In this document: positions 52,765 through 64,000 of the stretch, piece after piece
Layout: every line of letters begins with the position of its first letter
Numbering within the stretch: the stretch's first letter is position 1
Assembly: GCF_009834535.1 (NCBI RefSeq)
Contig: NC_045696.1
Span: 29,390,001 to 29,454,000 of the forward strand
From: Camelus ferus
Lineage: Eukaryota
Length of the DNA stretch: 64,000 nucleotides
Direction of reading: 5' to 3'
Notes under the pieces: generated by a model
Seen by the model: the letters and a program-made list of their open reading frames with translations, nothing else
Told to the model about the DNA's origin: nothing
Database searches by the model: none
Translations under genes and position numbers: made by a program

Positions 52765-53005
52765 GAATCTAATGTATAATATGGTGACTATAGTTGATGA
52801 CACTATATTGTTTAATTGAAACTTGCTAAGAGAGTAGAACTTAAATGCTCTCATCAGAAGAAAAGGAAACATGTGAGGTGATGGATGTGTCCATTAACCT
52901 GGTGAGAGGAATCTTTTCATACTGCTGTCTACTTATATCAAATCATCACATTGTATACCTCATATAACTTACAACTTTATTTGTGAATTATACATCAATA
53001 AAAAT
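52765..53005 (+). mobile_element. Older L1 3' end (L1MA8/9-like)
   Basis: atctaatgtataatatggtgactatagtt..ttgctaagagagtagaacttaaatg..tgtgaggtgatggatgtg..tcaaatcatcacattgtatacc..tcaataaa. Confidence 0.85.
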
Positions 53006-53136
53006 TTTTTTAAATAAACCAATGTGGACTACATCTGAATATTAAAGTTATCCAGAGGAAAAAAATTTTTTAATTTGTTAGAAAAAAATCTTCTGCCTGG
53101 CACCTGTCTCCTCAAGTGCTGAAGGTTTCACTCAGT

Positions 53137-53181
53137 CACACACACACACACACACACAGACACACAGACACACACACACAA
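53137..53181 (+). repeat. (CA)n/(CAGA) compound microsatellite
   Basis: Direct reading. Confidence 0.9.
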
Positions 53182-53324
53182 AACAAAAGCAAAGTATTAA
53201 TTAATCAGAGCCTGACAAGAAGGAAGGGGCTCTGACCATAATCAAGAGGTCCCATGTGACCTGACAACAGCATATATCAAAATAAGTAGCATACAGTAGG
53301 CACTCAACGAAGATTTTTACTGCA

Positions 53325-53595
53325 TAATAATATTAGTAATAACAGACAACATCGTTGAGGAACTAACTATGTACTAAACACTCAGCTAAACACTATACTC
53401 AGGTAGTTCCAGCTGAAACACACGTTTTTCATAACTCACTTGATTTATTATTACTATTACATTTATTTTATGGTTGAGAAACTGAAGCACAGGGAAGTTA
53501 AGTAGCATTTCTAAGGTCACACAGCTGGTGATGATTGGAGTTAGGAGCTGAATTTAGGCAGTTCATCACCAAGACCTGTGATCTCTACCCACTTC
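53325..53595 (-). mobile_element. MIR SINE
   Basis: ggttgagaaactgaagcacagggaagttaagta..ctaaggtcacacagctggtg..tgaatttaggcag. Confidence 0.8.
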
Positions 53596-55392
53596 TTATA
53601 AGGATAATGACACATTATAGAGAAACAATCAAGTTTAATGGTAGGGTAATGAAATGCCCACATGTAACCTATAAGAAAATATAAACAAGCAAAATACTTT
53701 CTGTTACATTTTGGACAACTAGTCTAATGCATTGACTAAGAGCTACAGGCACTAGAAAGCAATACTGGATAGAATAGAAATAGGACAAGGCCACTTCGTC
53801 AGTGGCAGGGCCTGGGAAACCCAGGATGTCCAAGGAGAAACAATCATCAGAAGGAGGTCTTGGGGATCTTTGTGTTAGACACCTGGGAGAACCCCAAAGC
53901 AACCACTGAAAATGCAGGGACCAAGTCAACTGGGAGGGCCATGCACCCACGGAGCTCCAGGAGGTGATTAAGAAGCTCTTTTCCTTCATCTGGACATTCC
54001 ATTGAGATTGCAAGGGTCTCTGCCAGTTTGCTACCAGAAGCCTTTCCTCTTACTTCCCTCTGACAGGTGAACAACCTGTGAAGGCTGTGAAGTTACTGGG
54101 GAAAAGAGAGAGAAGCAGCTTGCATGATGCTGACTATTCACCTTGATAACATCTCATTGAAAATTCATCTCCAGTTGTTTTTAAGATTTAGAAATGCACA
54201 TAAAATAGTAAAAAAGAAAGAAGTAGAGAGACAATAAACGATGTTTTCAACAATGAAGCAGAGGGAAAGGGGCCCTTTGTAAAATAATTGGCTTCTATGA
54301 AAAGGGCCAGAAGGACTACAAACAGGTGCTGAGGGCAAGCAAGGGGAAGCTGAAAAGACAGATGCTAATGGCCGTAAAAGGAATGAGTTTTCCAAAGAGT
54401 ACTGTTACATCATGGTGTGTTCTGGAGCTAACAGGGGCGAAGGTGAAATAACTCTGTGAGTAAGGAGAGAATAATTAAGTTTGCTGGTCTCTGAGCACAG
54501 TGCTGGCCTAGTAGAATGGACGGCTTAATGTACCATTTGGAGTTGTGTCCAATTTATTCTGGAACTCTCAGGCCTTGACTATGAAATTAGGAAGGTGAGT
54601 TCTTAAAACTAAATATAGATAGTTATTGAAGCACATGATGATTCATTTTCAAGCATGTTTTTATTAAAGAATGGCATTAGAAGATAACCCTTAGAGCATC
54701 CTGAGGACAATGACGTATGGTTGTAGACACACTGATCCGCAGAAATGTAAAGCCATTTTGTTCAGAGATCAAAAGGTGATGTTAAACAAGCTTGTTTAAC
54801 CTTGAGGTAATGTTTGAGTTAATTTATGTGTGGACTTTGGGTGATTTGCATCAGAGACTAAAAAATTATTCAAAAAGATTTAAACTCTCCTCCCCTTTTG
54901 CTCATATGAAATGGCCCTTCTCCAAAGAACTCTGATGAGTTTCTATCAGCAGGTTCTTACCAGGCTGACAAATCAGCTAAATGGACTTTCTTAATCACTA
55001 TAAAAATGAAGCATACTTGCAGAGATCAGAATGCCAATTATTTCATCTAAAGTCTTTTTCAGAGAAATTACATTATAAACTATCAAAACCCAGCCTAGAA
55101 CTGCTTACAGCACAGCGATGCTTTCATGCCACATTCATTAGTGGCCAGGAAATGTCACTGAAAAGTCAAGATATACCTTGTGTGATATCCAACCACATGT
55201 GCCAGAAGTTTTGACAAGACAGACATGATATGGCTTCAGTGTTTTTAGATAAACTCTGAGGATTCATTTTACATCAAAGAGCCCTTGAATTATGTTGCAA
55301 GAAAAAAGTGGATGTCTCTGTGCCCTGGGACAGAAGGCAGAGTAGAGGGAAAAATTATGAAAGAAGATTTCTTTTAAAAATAAGTACTTCCG

Positions 55393-55701
55393 TCTAAAAA
55401 ATGATACAAGTGAACTTATTTACAAAACAAAAACAGACTCAGAGACATAGAAAACAAACTTGTGGTTACCAAAGGGGAAAGAGGGAGGAGGGATAAATTA
55501 GGAGTTTGGGATTAGCAGATACAAACTACTATATATAAAATAGATAAACAAATTTCTCTTACTGCATAGCACAGGGAATTATATTCAATATCTTATAATA
55601 ACCTATAATGAAAAAGAATATATATATGTATAGCTGAATCACTATTCTGTACACCAGAAACTAACACAATATTGCTTATCAAATATAATTCAATTTAAAA
55701 C
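55393..55701 (+). mobile_element. Short 5'-truncated L1 (3'UTR only)
   Basis: Homologous to the 3'UTR of the long L1; identical 12-bp TSD AATAAGTACTTC at 55379-55390 and 55702-55713; ttttaaaa endonuclease-type target. Confidence 0.92.
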
Positions 55702-55756
55702 AATAAGTACTTCTGCATGATCATCTAATTTAACCCTTTGATATCTTTGAACTGAT

Positions 55757-56308
55757 GTAATAGTCTCTTGCTTTTGTCTGCCCAGCATGCATTTTCCCTT
55801 TTCCTGACAATTAAAAACTCTATCTTTGCAAAGTAATTCAAGTAAATTTGGCCTCATTCCATCATGCTCTGAGGACTGGGGAGGAACCTATACCCAATCA
55901 AATAGATTCACAATGAGTAGCTCAAGGATAGACATCTGACCTTGCTGAGCCAGGGAGTTAAGCCCAAGACTCCTTCAGCAATCACTGCACAGAGAAGCTA
56001 AGTTGGTAAGCCAAGCGCCATCAAGGGTCTCGACACAGTGAAAGCCTGGCTGAGAATGAAGCCACCACAGAGAATCAAAGGGCAACGAGATGGATAGAAG
56101 TGGTGGTTGGGGAGGGGATGGGGGGCAGCAGAGAGACCCAGGAAGCACTAGGATGCTTTTTGGATACAACTCTTCTGAAAGCCGGCTCTCTTACTTCTGG
56201 ACTTTTCTGTTATAGAAAATAATAATACCTTCTGTCTTTGTGATTATGTTAAGCAAGTTTATAATTGGGACCCCGTCACTTACAGTTTAAAGATTCAAGT
56301 TGACAGAA
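55757..56308 (+). mobile_element. Ancient MLT1-type LTR, possibly followed by internal sequence
   Basis: tgtaatagtc..tgcccagcatgca..; gcctggctgagaatgaagccaccacagag..; ctggacttttctgtta..aataatac..ttaagcaagttt..gtcacttaca. Confidence 0.65.
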
Positions 56309-56639
56309 ATTGATACTTGCAGGTGGCGTAAAGTGTAAACTTTTGAATTGACTGGGTCAAAGTGGAATGTAAGAAATCTTGAATTTGTCTAACCCAGAAG
56401 AACATTGATGTTATCTATTATGCAATAATGAAGTAAAATGTTAAATTATCTCTTGCTATATTTTAGGAGTCTGGTGATATGCCCACTGTAGCTGGAATTT
56501 TAGGTAACTAGGTATAAAAATGTCAAGACAGCTAAATCTTTTTATCCTATGTCCTTAAAGAAAAATAGAGCATATGGCCAAATGTGGCACACCAGAAAGC
56601 AGGAATGAGGGAAAAATACTGTTTTTGTTTGTTTGTTGC

Positions 56640-57535
56640 TGCAAAGCTACAATAATCAAGACAGGGCAGTGTTGGTAGAATGATCGACAAATAGATTAAT
56701 GAAAGAGAAAAGAAAGTCCAGAAATAGACTGATTTTCCACAAGGCACAGTCAAGCAACTCAATAGGGAATGTAAAGTCTTATCAACAAATTGTCTAAAAA
56801 AATGGAATAAATGTATGAAAAAAACAGTAATTTTAACCACTATCTCACAATAGTAAAAAATTAGTTTGAGATATTCATAGACCTAAGATATTGAACCAAA
56901 GCTATGACATTTCTAGAAATATACATAGGCAAATATTTTGGGAACCTTAGGTAAATACAGATTTCTGAGAAAAAGTTAAAAAAACCACTAACAAGTAAAA
57001 ACACAATACAAAACAAAAATACAATACATTGGACTTTATCTAACATAGAAACTTCTGTTCATCAAAAGACACCTTAAGAAAATGAAAAGGCTGAAACACT
57101 ATAGGTAATACATTTATCTAACAAACTGCTTGAATCCAGAATATCTAAACTCCTACAATTCAATAAAAGAAAAACAAAATTTTAAATGGGTAAACTGTTA
57201 AAAGACACCTCACAAAAGAACAAATTCAAGTGAAGTAAGCACAGGGAAAGCTCCTCGTTATCATCAGTCATCAGGGAAATGAAATCAAAAGCACAATGAG
57301 ACATCATATTACACCAGTTACAAACAAACGGAAGGAACTGACAAGACCAAATGTTGGCAAGGATGCCCGGCATCTGGAACACTCACACACCGCTGGTGAG
57401 AGGGTAAAAGAGCAAAACCACTTTGGAAATACGTTCGGCATTGCCTATAAAGCTAAAGAGAAACTTGCCTGTGTCAAAGCAATTCCTCCTGTAGATATTT
57501 ACCAGGAGAAATTAAAAAAAAAAACAAAAAAAAAC
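56640..57535 (+). mobile_element. Old L1M ORF2 3' fragment
   Basis: aaagctacaataatcaagacag..aaagtccagaaatagac..aacttctgttcatcaaaagacacc..tcagggaaatgaaatcaaaagcacaatgagacatca..aatgttggcaaggatg..aaccactttggaaa. Confidence 0.85.
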
Positions 57536-57939
57536 TGAGAAATCAACAAGTATGATTTTACTTTAACAAAGGGCCTTAATAATAATCTTTGGAAATGTGT
57601 GTGTATTTCTAAAATACTAGGTATGCAGTAAAGGACATGTGTTTATTTGTATTGTTTGTTCGACTGTTCATTCTTGAAATAAAGGTGTTGTATATTCTGA
57701 GATAATGTTGTTCAGTCCTAGCAATATAACTGTTCTTTGCTTAAGCTTAACTTTTGGCCATTTGTACTGTCTTATGAGGTGAAATACAGTGAGTCTTCTT
57801 ACACAGACTGCAGCCATACTTACACAGTTCTGCATTTATTTACGTTTTATGGACACAAAAACAGATAGATGGGAGATATCAACAAATATGTACATATAAC
57901 AATAAACATAAATATTTCTTATGTATGTAATATTACTTG

Positions 57940-58050
57940 TGAAATTGAGATGATGTTACTTTACAGGATTATTGTGAGGATTTACTGAAATGATTTATAT
58001 AAAAACAGTGACTGCCAAATAATATGCTCAATAAATATTAGTTATTATTT
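57940..58050 (+). mobile_element. MIR 3' fragment
   Basis: acaggattattgtgaggatt..atgctcaataaatattagttattatt. Confidence 0.7.
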
Positions 58051-61000
58051 TCAAAATAATATATAAAAATTATTCTCTAAACCTTTAACATAGTTAGAAA
58101 AACATGCATATCTTCCAGTTATTTTAAAAGTGAGGTTTAGGAGACCTAATTTTAAGTCCTGGCTTCTGTAATCTTCTACCTTTGTGACTTTTCCTAAAAT
58201 GTTCGACTTCTTCTATAAAACTAAAGGTTTGTTATATACTTCCTCTTAGAGTCTACTTCAGCCTTACACTTAGACAAAAAGTAAGTTAAAGAAATGTGTT
58301 TTTCTATAGCTAACCATTCGATAGACTTGAGCAGGACAAGTTAAGCAGTAGTTTGAAATTGTTACATATCACAAGTCCTTACTGAACACTTACTATGAGC
58401 GTGGCGCCTTATGATGCACTGGACTCTTACCCAAAGGGATTTCTGTAAAATTTGGAGACCATATCACAAGTGAAATTCTGTATTAATTAATAACATATCT
58501 TTACAGTTATAGCTAAACGACTTTTTCTGTCTAGCTATAATGCTTTCTTTGTATAGCTCTATCACCTATAACTTAGACAGTTAAAGCACATAAATGCTAA
58601 ATTCTAGAATGTGCTTTTCTCCCTTGTGGCATTTGAATCCAAGTCCAAGTGTCGATGGCCAACTCTGCAGAACCACTTTTGGAACACTGCCAGCTCCTGC
58701 TTTTTGGCTGATTTTTAACAGATGTCTTACCCTTGTGAATGCCCCCTCTTTATTTCAGCTGCCATCCTTTGCACTAACAAAAGGAATCTTTCAGCTATTT
58801 CATGCACCTGTGGGAAGCTACGAAGCCCAGAACATGAGAGCACATTTGAATTAAGATTGCCTTTCTCCCCTGACATACAAAGTACCTCCTTGCAGCTTGC
58901 ACTCTCTGTTTCAAAGTTGCTTGCAACGGGTCTGGCGATGTGACAGATGTAATATAATGACATTCTAATCGCAGAACCACGGGACTGACATTAAGGCTTT
59001 AGGATGGATGTAAACTGTCACTCTTTAAAACACTTCACAACTGACCATGAAAAAATTTTACTTAAGATAAAGTGTTCAAGTGAAGAGTCTAAAACATTCA
59101 AGAGCAAACCACATTTGCTCCCTTTGGAATAATACTATACCTGCAGCCAGGATTCTGATTAGGACTGACATCAAATTCTCATTTTTAAGAAGGTCTCATT
59201 AACATCACCAACTGTGAGCAAAAAGGTAAAGTAACATATGTTTATTTCATAAGGCAAATAATTTCATCTGGTAAATGCTGTATTCTCACACAGCTTCACA
59301 ATAAGTACAAAGCTAAATAAAAATGGAAATTATTTTGCAAGCTTTCCTACAACTTAAAAAAAAATGAAAGAATGATACCTTGGGACTTATTTTCGAGATA
59401 CAGATTCTTGAAATTCTTTATTCTTTTATCAGCTCTGCTGCCCAAGGGGATATCTGTACAACAGGCATCATATGTCTTTAATAATGAAGCAAACTACTGT
59501 AGCTCAAATCTTTCGAGCAGCTAAGAAACCCAATTGTGTGTAGAAAATGCCAGAAGAGTTTGTTTTACTAGAGCTATAAATTCAGCAACATCCAAGGGTT
59601 AGACTCATTTCAATCGAAGGCAGAAAGGCAAAACTGATGAAAACATTTTAAAGGATAATCCACATGGACTAAGTCTGAGGAAAATTTCCCATGAAGCACA
59701 TACATTCCTCGTAAACCAGAGAGCTCTAGAATCCTCCTCTTCAATTTTTGGTTTAAAGGCTCAAATTCTATGACTTCTCAAAACAAAGTTTTATCTTTCT
59801 TGAAAAAGGAAAATTGAGAAATTTATTTTAAAAACTTCTGGTATAATTTCTCCATGTGAAATGTTTTCTCTATAATCCAATTTACAAATATCGTTTCAGA
59901 TTAAAAACTGGAAAATTGGAGTTAGCAAATTAGATATTAAAGGTTTTGCTTCTTATAAGGCTTCGTTACACCAAATAGTACATTATATGCCTTAGCTGAT
60001 GGAAGCACAATGAGTAAAGGCTGCTATTAAGCAAAGTAGATACATTAAAGATAACTATAAAAATTAACTGTGTCTAAAGCATCGATAAAATATTTCAGGC
60101 ATCATTTCTGTATGGTCTTCTTGGAGCTTCAAATTGATGTCATAATAAATGCTATCCATTGAGACTCAAGATGAACTCAATCCAAAGATGTCAATTCAAG
60201 GTATTGCAGATTTTAAAAATATTTAGTCAATAGTTCATTTTTCCTTCAAAAACCCATTCAGCTGGAAAATGTGTAATTTTAGTGGCAGGAAAGGAGCATA
60301 TTTACTTAGATGTTTTCATCTAGGAAACCCGGGCACTATGAAAACATCATACTGATAACAGACCAGCTCTGTCTTAAGCTGGGAACAATTAAGGAACATC
60401 ATTGAAACTGGTATGTATTTGGTAAACTGAAGGATCATATGTCATCTTGACTAATGAGCTTTCTAGCTAAAGACATGTCACAGATTTAAAATTTACATGT
60501 CACTTGGCAACAAGCCTACTTCAGGGCAAAATTCAGATTAACCCAATATAAATATTGCTCCAAACAATCCCATTAATTTTAAGAGATTTAACAGAAAAAT
60601 TCCTTCCACACACAAGTGATCTCTTCATTTTGTAATCAGCACATGGTAGGATAGTTTTTCCTGACTCTCTCTGTCCTGAAGTATTTGGACAGCCCAAATG
60701 AAAGAACGCAATGTTCTGTTCCAGAACTTGGTATATTAGACAAATTTCCTACTAAAAATCCTTGACTTCTCCTTTAAACACAGTTCTAAAAAAGTGTGCC
60801 ACAGTTTTCTAATCTAGACCAGGTTAGAAGCATAAAATTAGAAGGGGTCATGACTATATCAGCAGGCCATCAAAGAGCAGCAAGAAATGACAGCTGACAG
60901 CCTGACGGAGGGGCAAGTCAGAGGAACCGTAAAATACACAAAGTAATTACAAAAAGTGAATATAAAAAACTGACCCAAGACTTCCAAAGGCATAGCATCT

Positions 61001-61519
61001 TGAGGCAAAAGCCTCCTCGGATAATTACTTTGCTGTATACAGTACAATTGATATGCACGGTGATGACCCAAAGTCATCGAGAAAACATTCAATTATGTAA
61101 CCTGCTCCAGGAAGGCAGGAAGTATTTACCACGTCATACACATATTCCCATAAAAATATGTAGCTGATTAGAAAATAAAGCATGAGTATTCTGGGGAGTC
61201 CCTTTTATGGAATATCTCATTCCCAATGATGTCAGACCTCTGAGGCCTATGTTCACACGTCAGAATTTAAGATACCCAATGTGACTGCCAGATGCTGACT
61301 GATGATAACAAAAGGTAAAGCACTTGTTTGTAACTTTAAAAGTAACCTATTGCTATATAGTCTTCATGATAATAACATTTAATATCTCCAAAATATTTCT
61401 CTGAGTGGCTATTTTAAAACTTATTTTCCACTCTTCTTTAGTTGAGCATTTATGCTGTTTGTAATAATATGGTAATTAAAGCTTCATTTGGGATGTAATA
61501 TAAATAAGAGGAGGAAAGA

Positions 61520-62070
61520 CCCCAAATAACTTAAATCTGAAGGACGGGTATTTGTTTAGATAGCTGGATACCCAATGGAAGGACAAACTTCAGTTTTCTT
61601 AATAAGGTGGAGCTGGTTTCATTTCCCCAAAATCCCTCATCTGTGCCCTTCCAGGGCTTAGCCATGAGAACAGCTTCTGTCATGGTTCAAAAGGCCTCTA
61701 GCAGCACCAGGCTTCACATGTCCACAAATCAAGATGGTGGCAGAGCAGAGAATAGCTTATTTTCCCCCTGATTTCTCTCTCATAAAAACTCAGAAGACCG
61801 CTTTTCTGTCACCCCCAGAAAAACTCTCTCCAATTTCACCCTCATGAGTTATTGTTAATCCTGGTAACTGAGCCCTGTGGCCAGGAGAAGGCCATTCACT
61901 GATTGACTTAGGTCTGGGTCATTGAACTCATCACTGTGGGATTTCCCTGAGACAATCATTCGCAGGCCTGGAGGGCACAGCGGATCACCTTGACTGCAGA
62001 GGAGTCCACACCTACATGAAAATTGGGTAATTATCAGGATGAGAGCAAAATGGAATGCTAGGTAGTAAAA
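61520..62070 (-). mobile_element. Ancient MLT1 (K/L-like) LTR
   Basis: catggttcaaaagg..agcagcaccaggcttcacat..; ccctgtggccagga..cactgattgacttaggtctgggtca. Confidence 0.5.
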
Positions 62071-62172
62071 AACTCTGACTGCTATGTTAAAATGGATGTT
62101 GCATATATAGAGCTTTCTCTTTCCTTTGTATTTCTCTTTGGTATAGTTTGTCATAACAAATAAAAATATTTT

Positions 62173-62662
62173 ACCTAAATGTCCATTGACAGATGATTGG
62201 ATAAATAAGATGTGGTATGTATATACAATGGAATAATACTCAGCCATAAAAAAGAATAAGATAATGCCATTTACAGGAACATGGATGGACTTGGAGATCA
62301 TCATACTAAGTGAAGTAAGCCAGAAAGAGAAAGACAAATATATGATATTACTTATATTTGGAATCTAAAAATTTACACAAGTGAACTTATTTACAAAACA
62401 AAAATAGACTCACAGGCATAGAAAACAAATTCATGGTTAGGAAAGGAGGGAGGTGGAGGGATAAATTGGGAGTTTGGGATTTGCAGATACTAACTACTAT
62501 ATATAAAATAGATAAACAAGTTCCTACTGGATAGCACAGGGAACTATATTCAATATCTTGTAATAACCTATAATGAATAAGAATATATTATGTATAACTG
62601 AATCACTATGCTGTACACCAGAAATTAACACATTGTAAACCGACTATACTTCAATAAAAAAT
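62173..62662 (+). mobile_element. 5'-truncated L1 (ORF2 end + 3'UTR)
   Basis: acctaaatgtccattgacagatgattggata..gccagaaagagaaagacaaa..gactatacttcaataaa; TSD-like ataaaaatatttt (62160-62172)/ataaaaataatttt (62663-62676). Confidence 0.92.
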
Positions 62663-62814
62663 ATAAAAATAATTTTGATTTCATAATTTAAACTTATTTT
62701 TAGCCACAATAAATATTTTATTTCATAATTTAAACTTTTATGGTCACAGTGACTGGAACCCATTTGAATCTGTTTAAGCAAATGACGAAATATTTTGGAG
62801 TATGTAAGATACAC

Positions 62815-63725
62815 TTATTGTCTTGTTTTTCCAGGACAGTACCCTTCCCCAGTGCTGGGGAAAGTGTTTGACAGGCACAGGCTTATTGGTTGCTTACATG
62901 CTTGTACATTCCTTGCCACGGTGACTGGATGAAGGATGAGCATCTGATCCAAGCACAGCCTGTTGTAGCTCTCTGTACCCCTGCTCGACTGTGATTCACC
63001 CAGGCATAGACACATGACCCAAGCCAGACTAGGCTACTTCTCAGAGAGCTTTATAACTAGGAATTGTGGGAACTGGGAGGGTAATTGAAAGCTGGTTTTG
63101 CTTCATCTTGAAAACCTGTGCGCAGAGCTGCTGGTGACCACGGTTCCAACTTTGTGGAGAAAGCAGTTTTCAGAGACACCAGAACACAAAGAAGAGCAGA
63201 AAGAAAAGGTGGAACAAAAAAGGCCTGAAGACATTGATGAAGGTTCTCTCCTTGACCAAACTCTATTCAGTCTCTCCTGAAATTTCTCAGCTAGGCCTCC
63301 CCGTTCCAACTTCCATGTTTCTCTCTGCATTGTCCAGTTAAGTAGGTTTAGCTAGAATCTTCCATCCTCTATATCCGATCACCTTTGATATCTCATTGCG
63401 TTCCTTGTCTTTCATCATTCCTCAGTTGACGTCTGATCACCCTGCTCTGGCTTCAGCAAGACTTCTGTTAGGTTGGTTTCGCCAGAATCTCCCCTCACCA
63501 CTGTTGTTTCCATACAGTTTTCCATACAATAACCCATATCCTGCTCTTGGAGTTGAGCCCTATCTCTCTCTCCGCACTGCAAGACCCTAGTGCAGTGGTT
63601 CCTATTTCAATCTCAATGGCATCCTCTAGAAAAAGTTTTCTTTACTGTCATTAACAAGTGTCATGAAATAATTGTTTTCTCAAACAACATCCAAGCACCT
63701 AACTCCAGCGATATTCAGGCCCTTT
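62815..63725 (+). mobile_element. Ancient MLT1-type LTR interrupted by MER31
   Basis: gccacggtgactggatgaaggatgagcatctgatccaagc..gacacatgacccaagccag..gagctgctggtgaccac..; resumes ccaagcacctaactccagc. Confidence 0.55.
63235..63686 (+). mobile_element. MER31-like ERV1 solo LTR
   Basis: TG..ttctctccttgaccaaactcta..ctaggcctc..tctgatcaccctg..cttcagcaaga..gccagaatc..ggagttgagccc..aaaCA; perfect 4-bp TSD ACAT at 63231-63234 and 63687-63690. Confidence 0.85.
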
Positions 63726-64000
63726 CCATGTAGGAGGGTAGGAATTTCCAGTAAGTTTGTCCTCAGTTATTTCTGTAGCTGTCTGCTGCTTATTGCCAAT
63801 TTGCTTTCCCAAGATGTTGTCCTAGCTTATAACATATTCATCATCAATCAGTATGTATTTGCTATTTAATGAATCAAATAATGATTACTTTTGAATTGCA
63901 TATAGTATAACAGAGCAGCAGCAGTGGAGGAAATCTGCTAGGGTGCAAGGAATATCCTCTTCGGGGTGAAGCAAACGTGAATTCAAAACTCTGCTCCTCC

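Noticed and set aside
54040..54120. Splice-acceptor-like cctttcctcttacttccctctgacAG
   Set aside because: No convincing nearby donor or coding signal; isolated acceptors are common by chance
61855..62337. 160-aa ORF, the longest in the window
   Set aside because: Antisense of an L1 3' end fused to MLT1 sequence; a typical spurious repeat ORF
1119..63869. Short ORFs (60-160 aa) in the ORF track as host genes
   Set aside because: No recognisable domains; many start at non-ATG codons or lie in repeats or low-complexity DNA; only the L1 ORF2 and ERVL gag fragments resemble known proteins
1..64000. CRISPR array, rRNA, tRNA, CpG-island promoter or prokaryotic system
   Set aside because: No repeat-spacer periodicity, RNA-gene signature or CpG island seen; the sequence is clearly mammalian

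Overview
Eutherian mammalian genomic DNA: AT-rich, CpG-depleted, with no CpG island and no recognisable host protein-coding exon, RNA gene or CRISPR array, so it is intergenic or a large intron. It carries pan-eutherian repeats (MIR, L2, L3/CR1, MLT1, LTR16/33, MER21, MER31, MER58, MER5A, MER2, Tigger15). It also has a cetartiodactyl-type L1 3'UTR and a MER41-like LTR, but I saw no lineage SINEs (Alu, B1/B2, SINEC, PRE1, Bov-A/tA), which tentatively suggests a camelid. Main structures: (i) a two-LTR, internally deleted class III (ERVL-like) provirus at 19428-22286 (-) with gag remnants, PBS and a 5-bp TSD, inserted in an older LTR and itself carrying a nested ERV1 solo LTR; (ii) an LTR cluster at 17-26 kb including a MER41-like LTR with overlapping GAS/NF-kB motifs; (iii) a 2.8-kb 5'-truncated dead L1 at ~49.5-52.3 kb plus several short L1 3' ends, nearly all on +; (iv) two isolated exon-like units and a few motif clusters in repeat-poor DNA. 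I found no support for a novel intact protein-coding system. Repeat family names come from recalled consensus sequences and need Dfam/RepeatMasker confirmation. Boundaries without TSD/TIR support are approximate.
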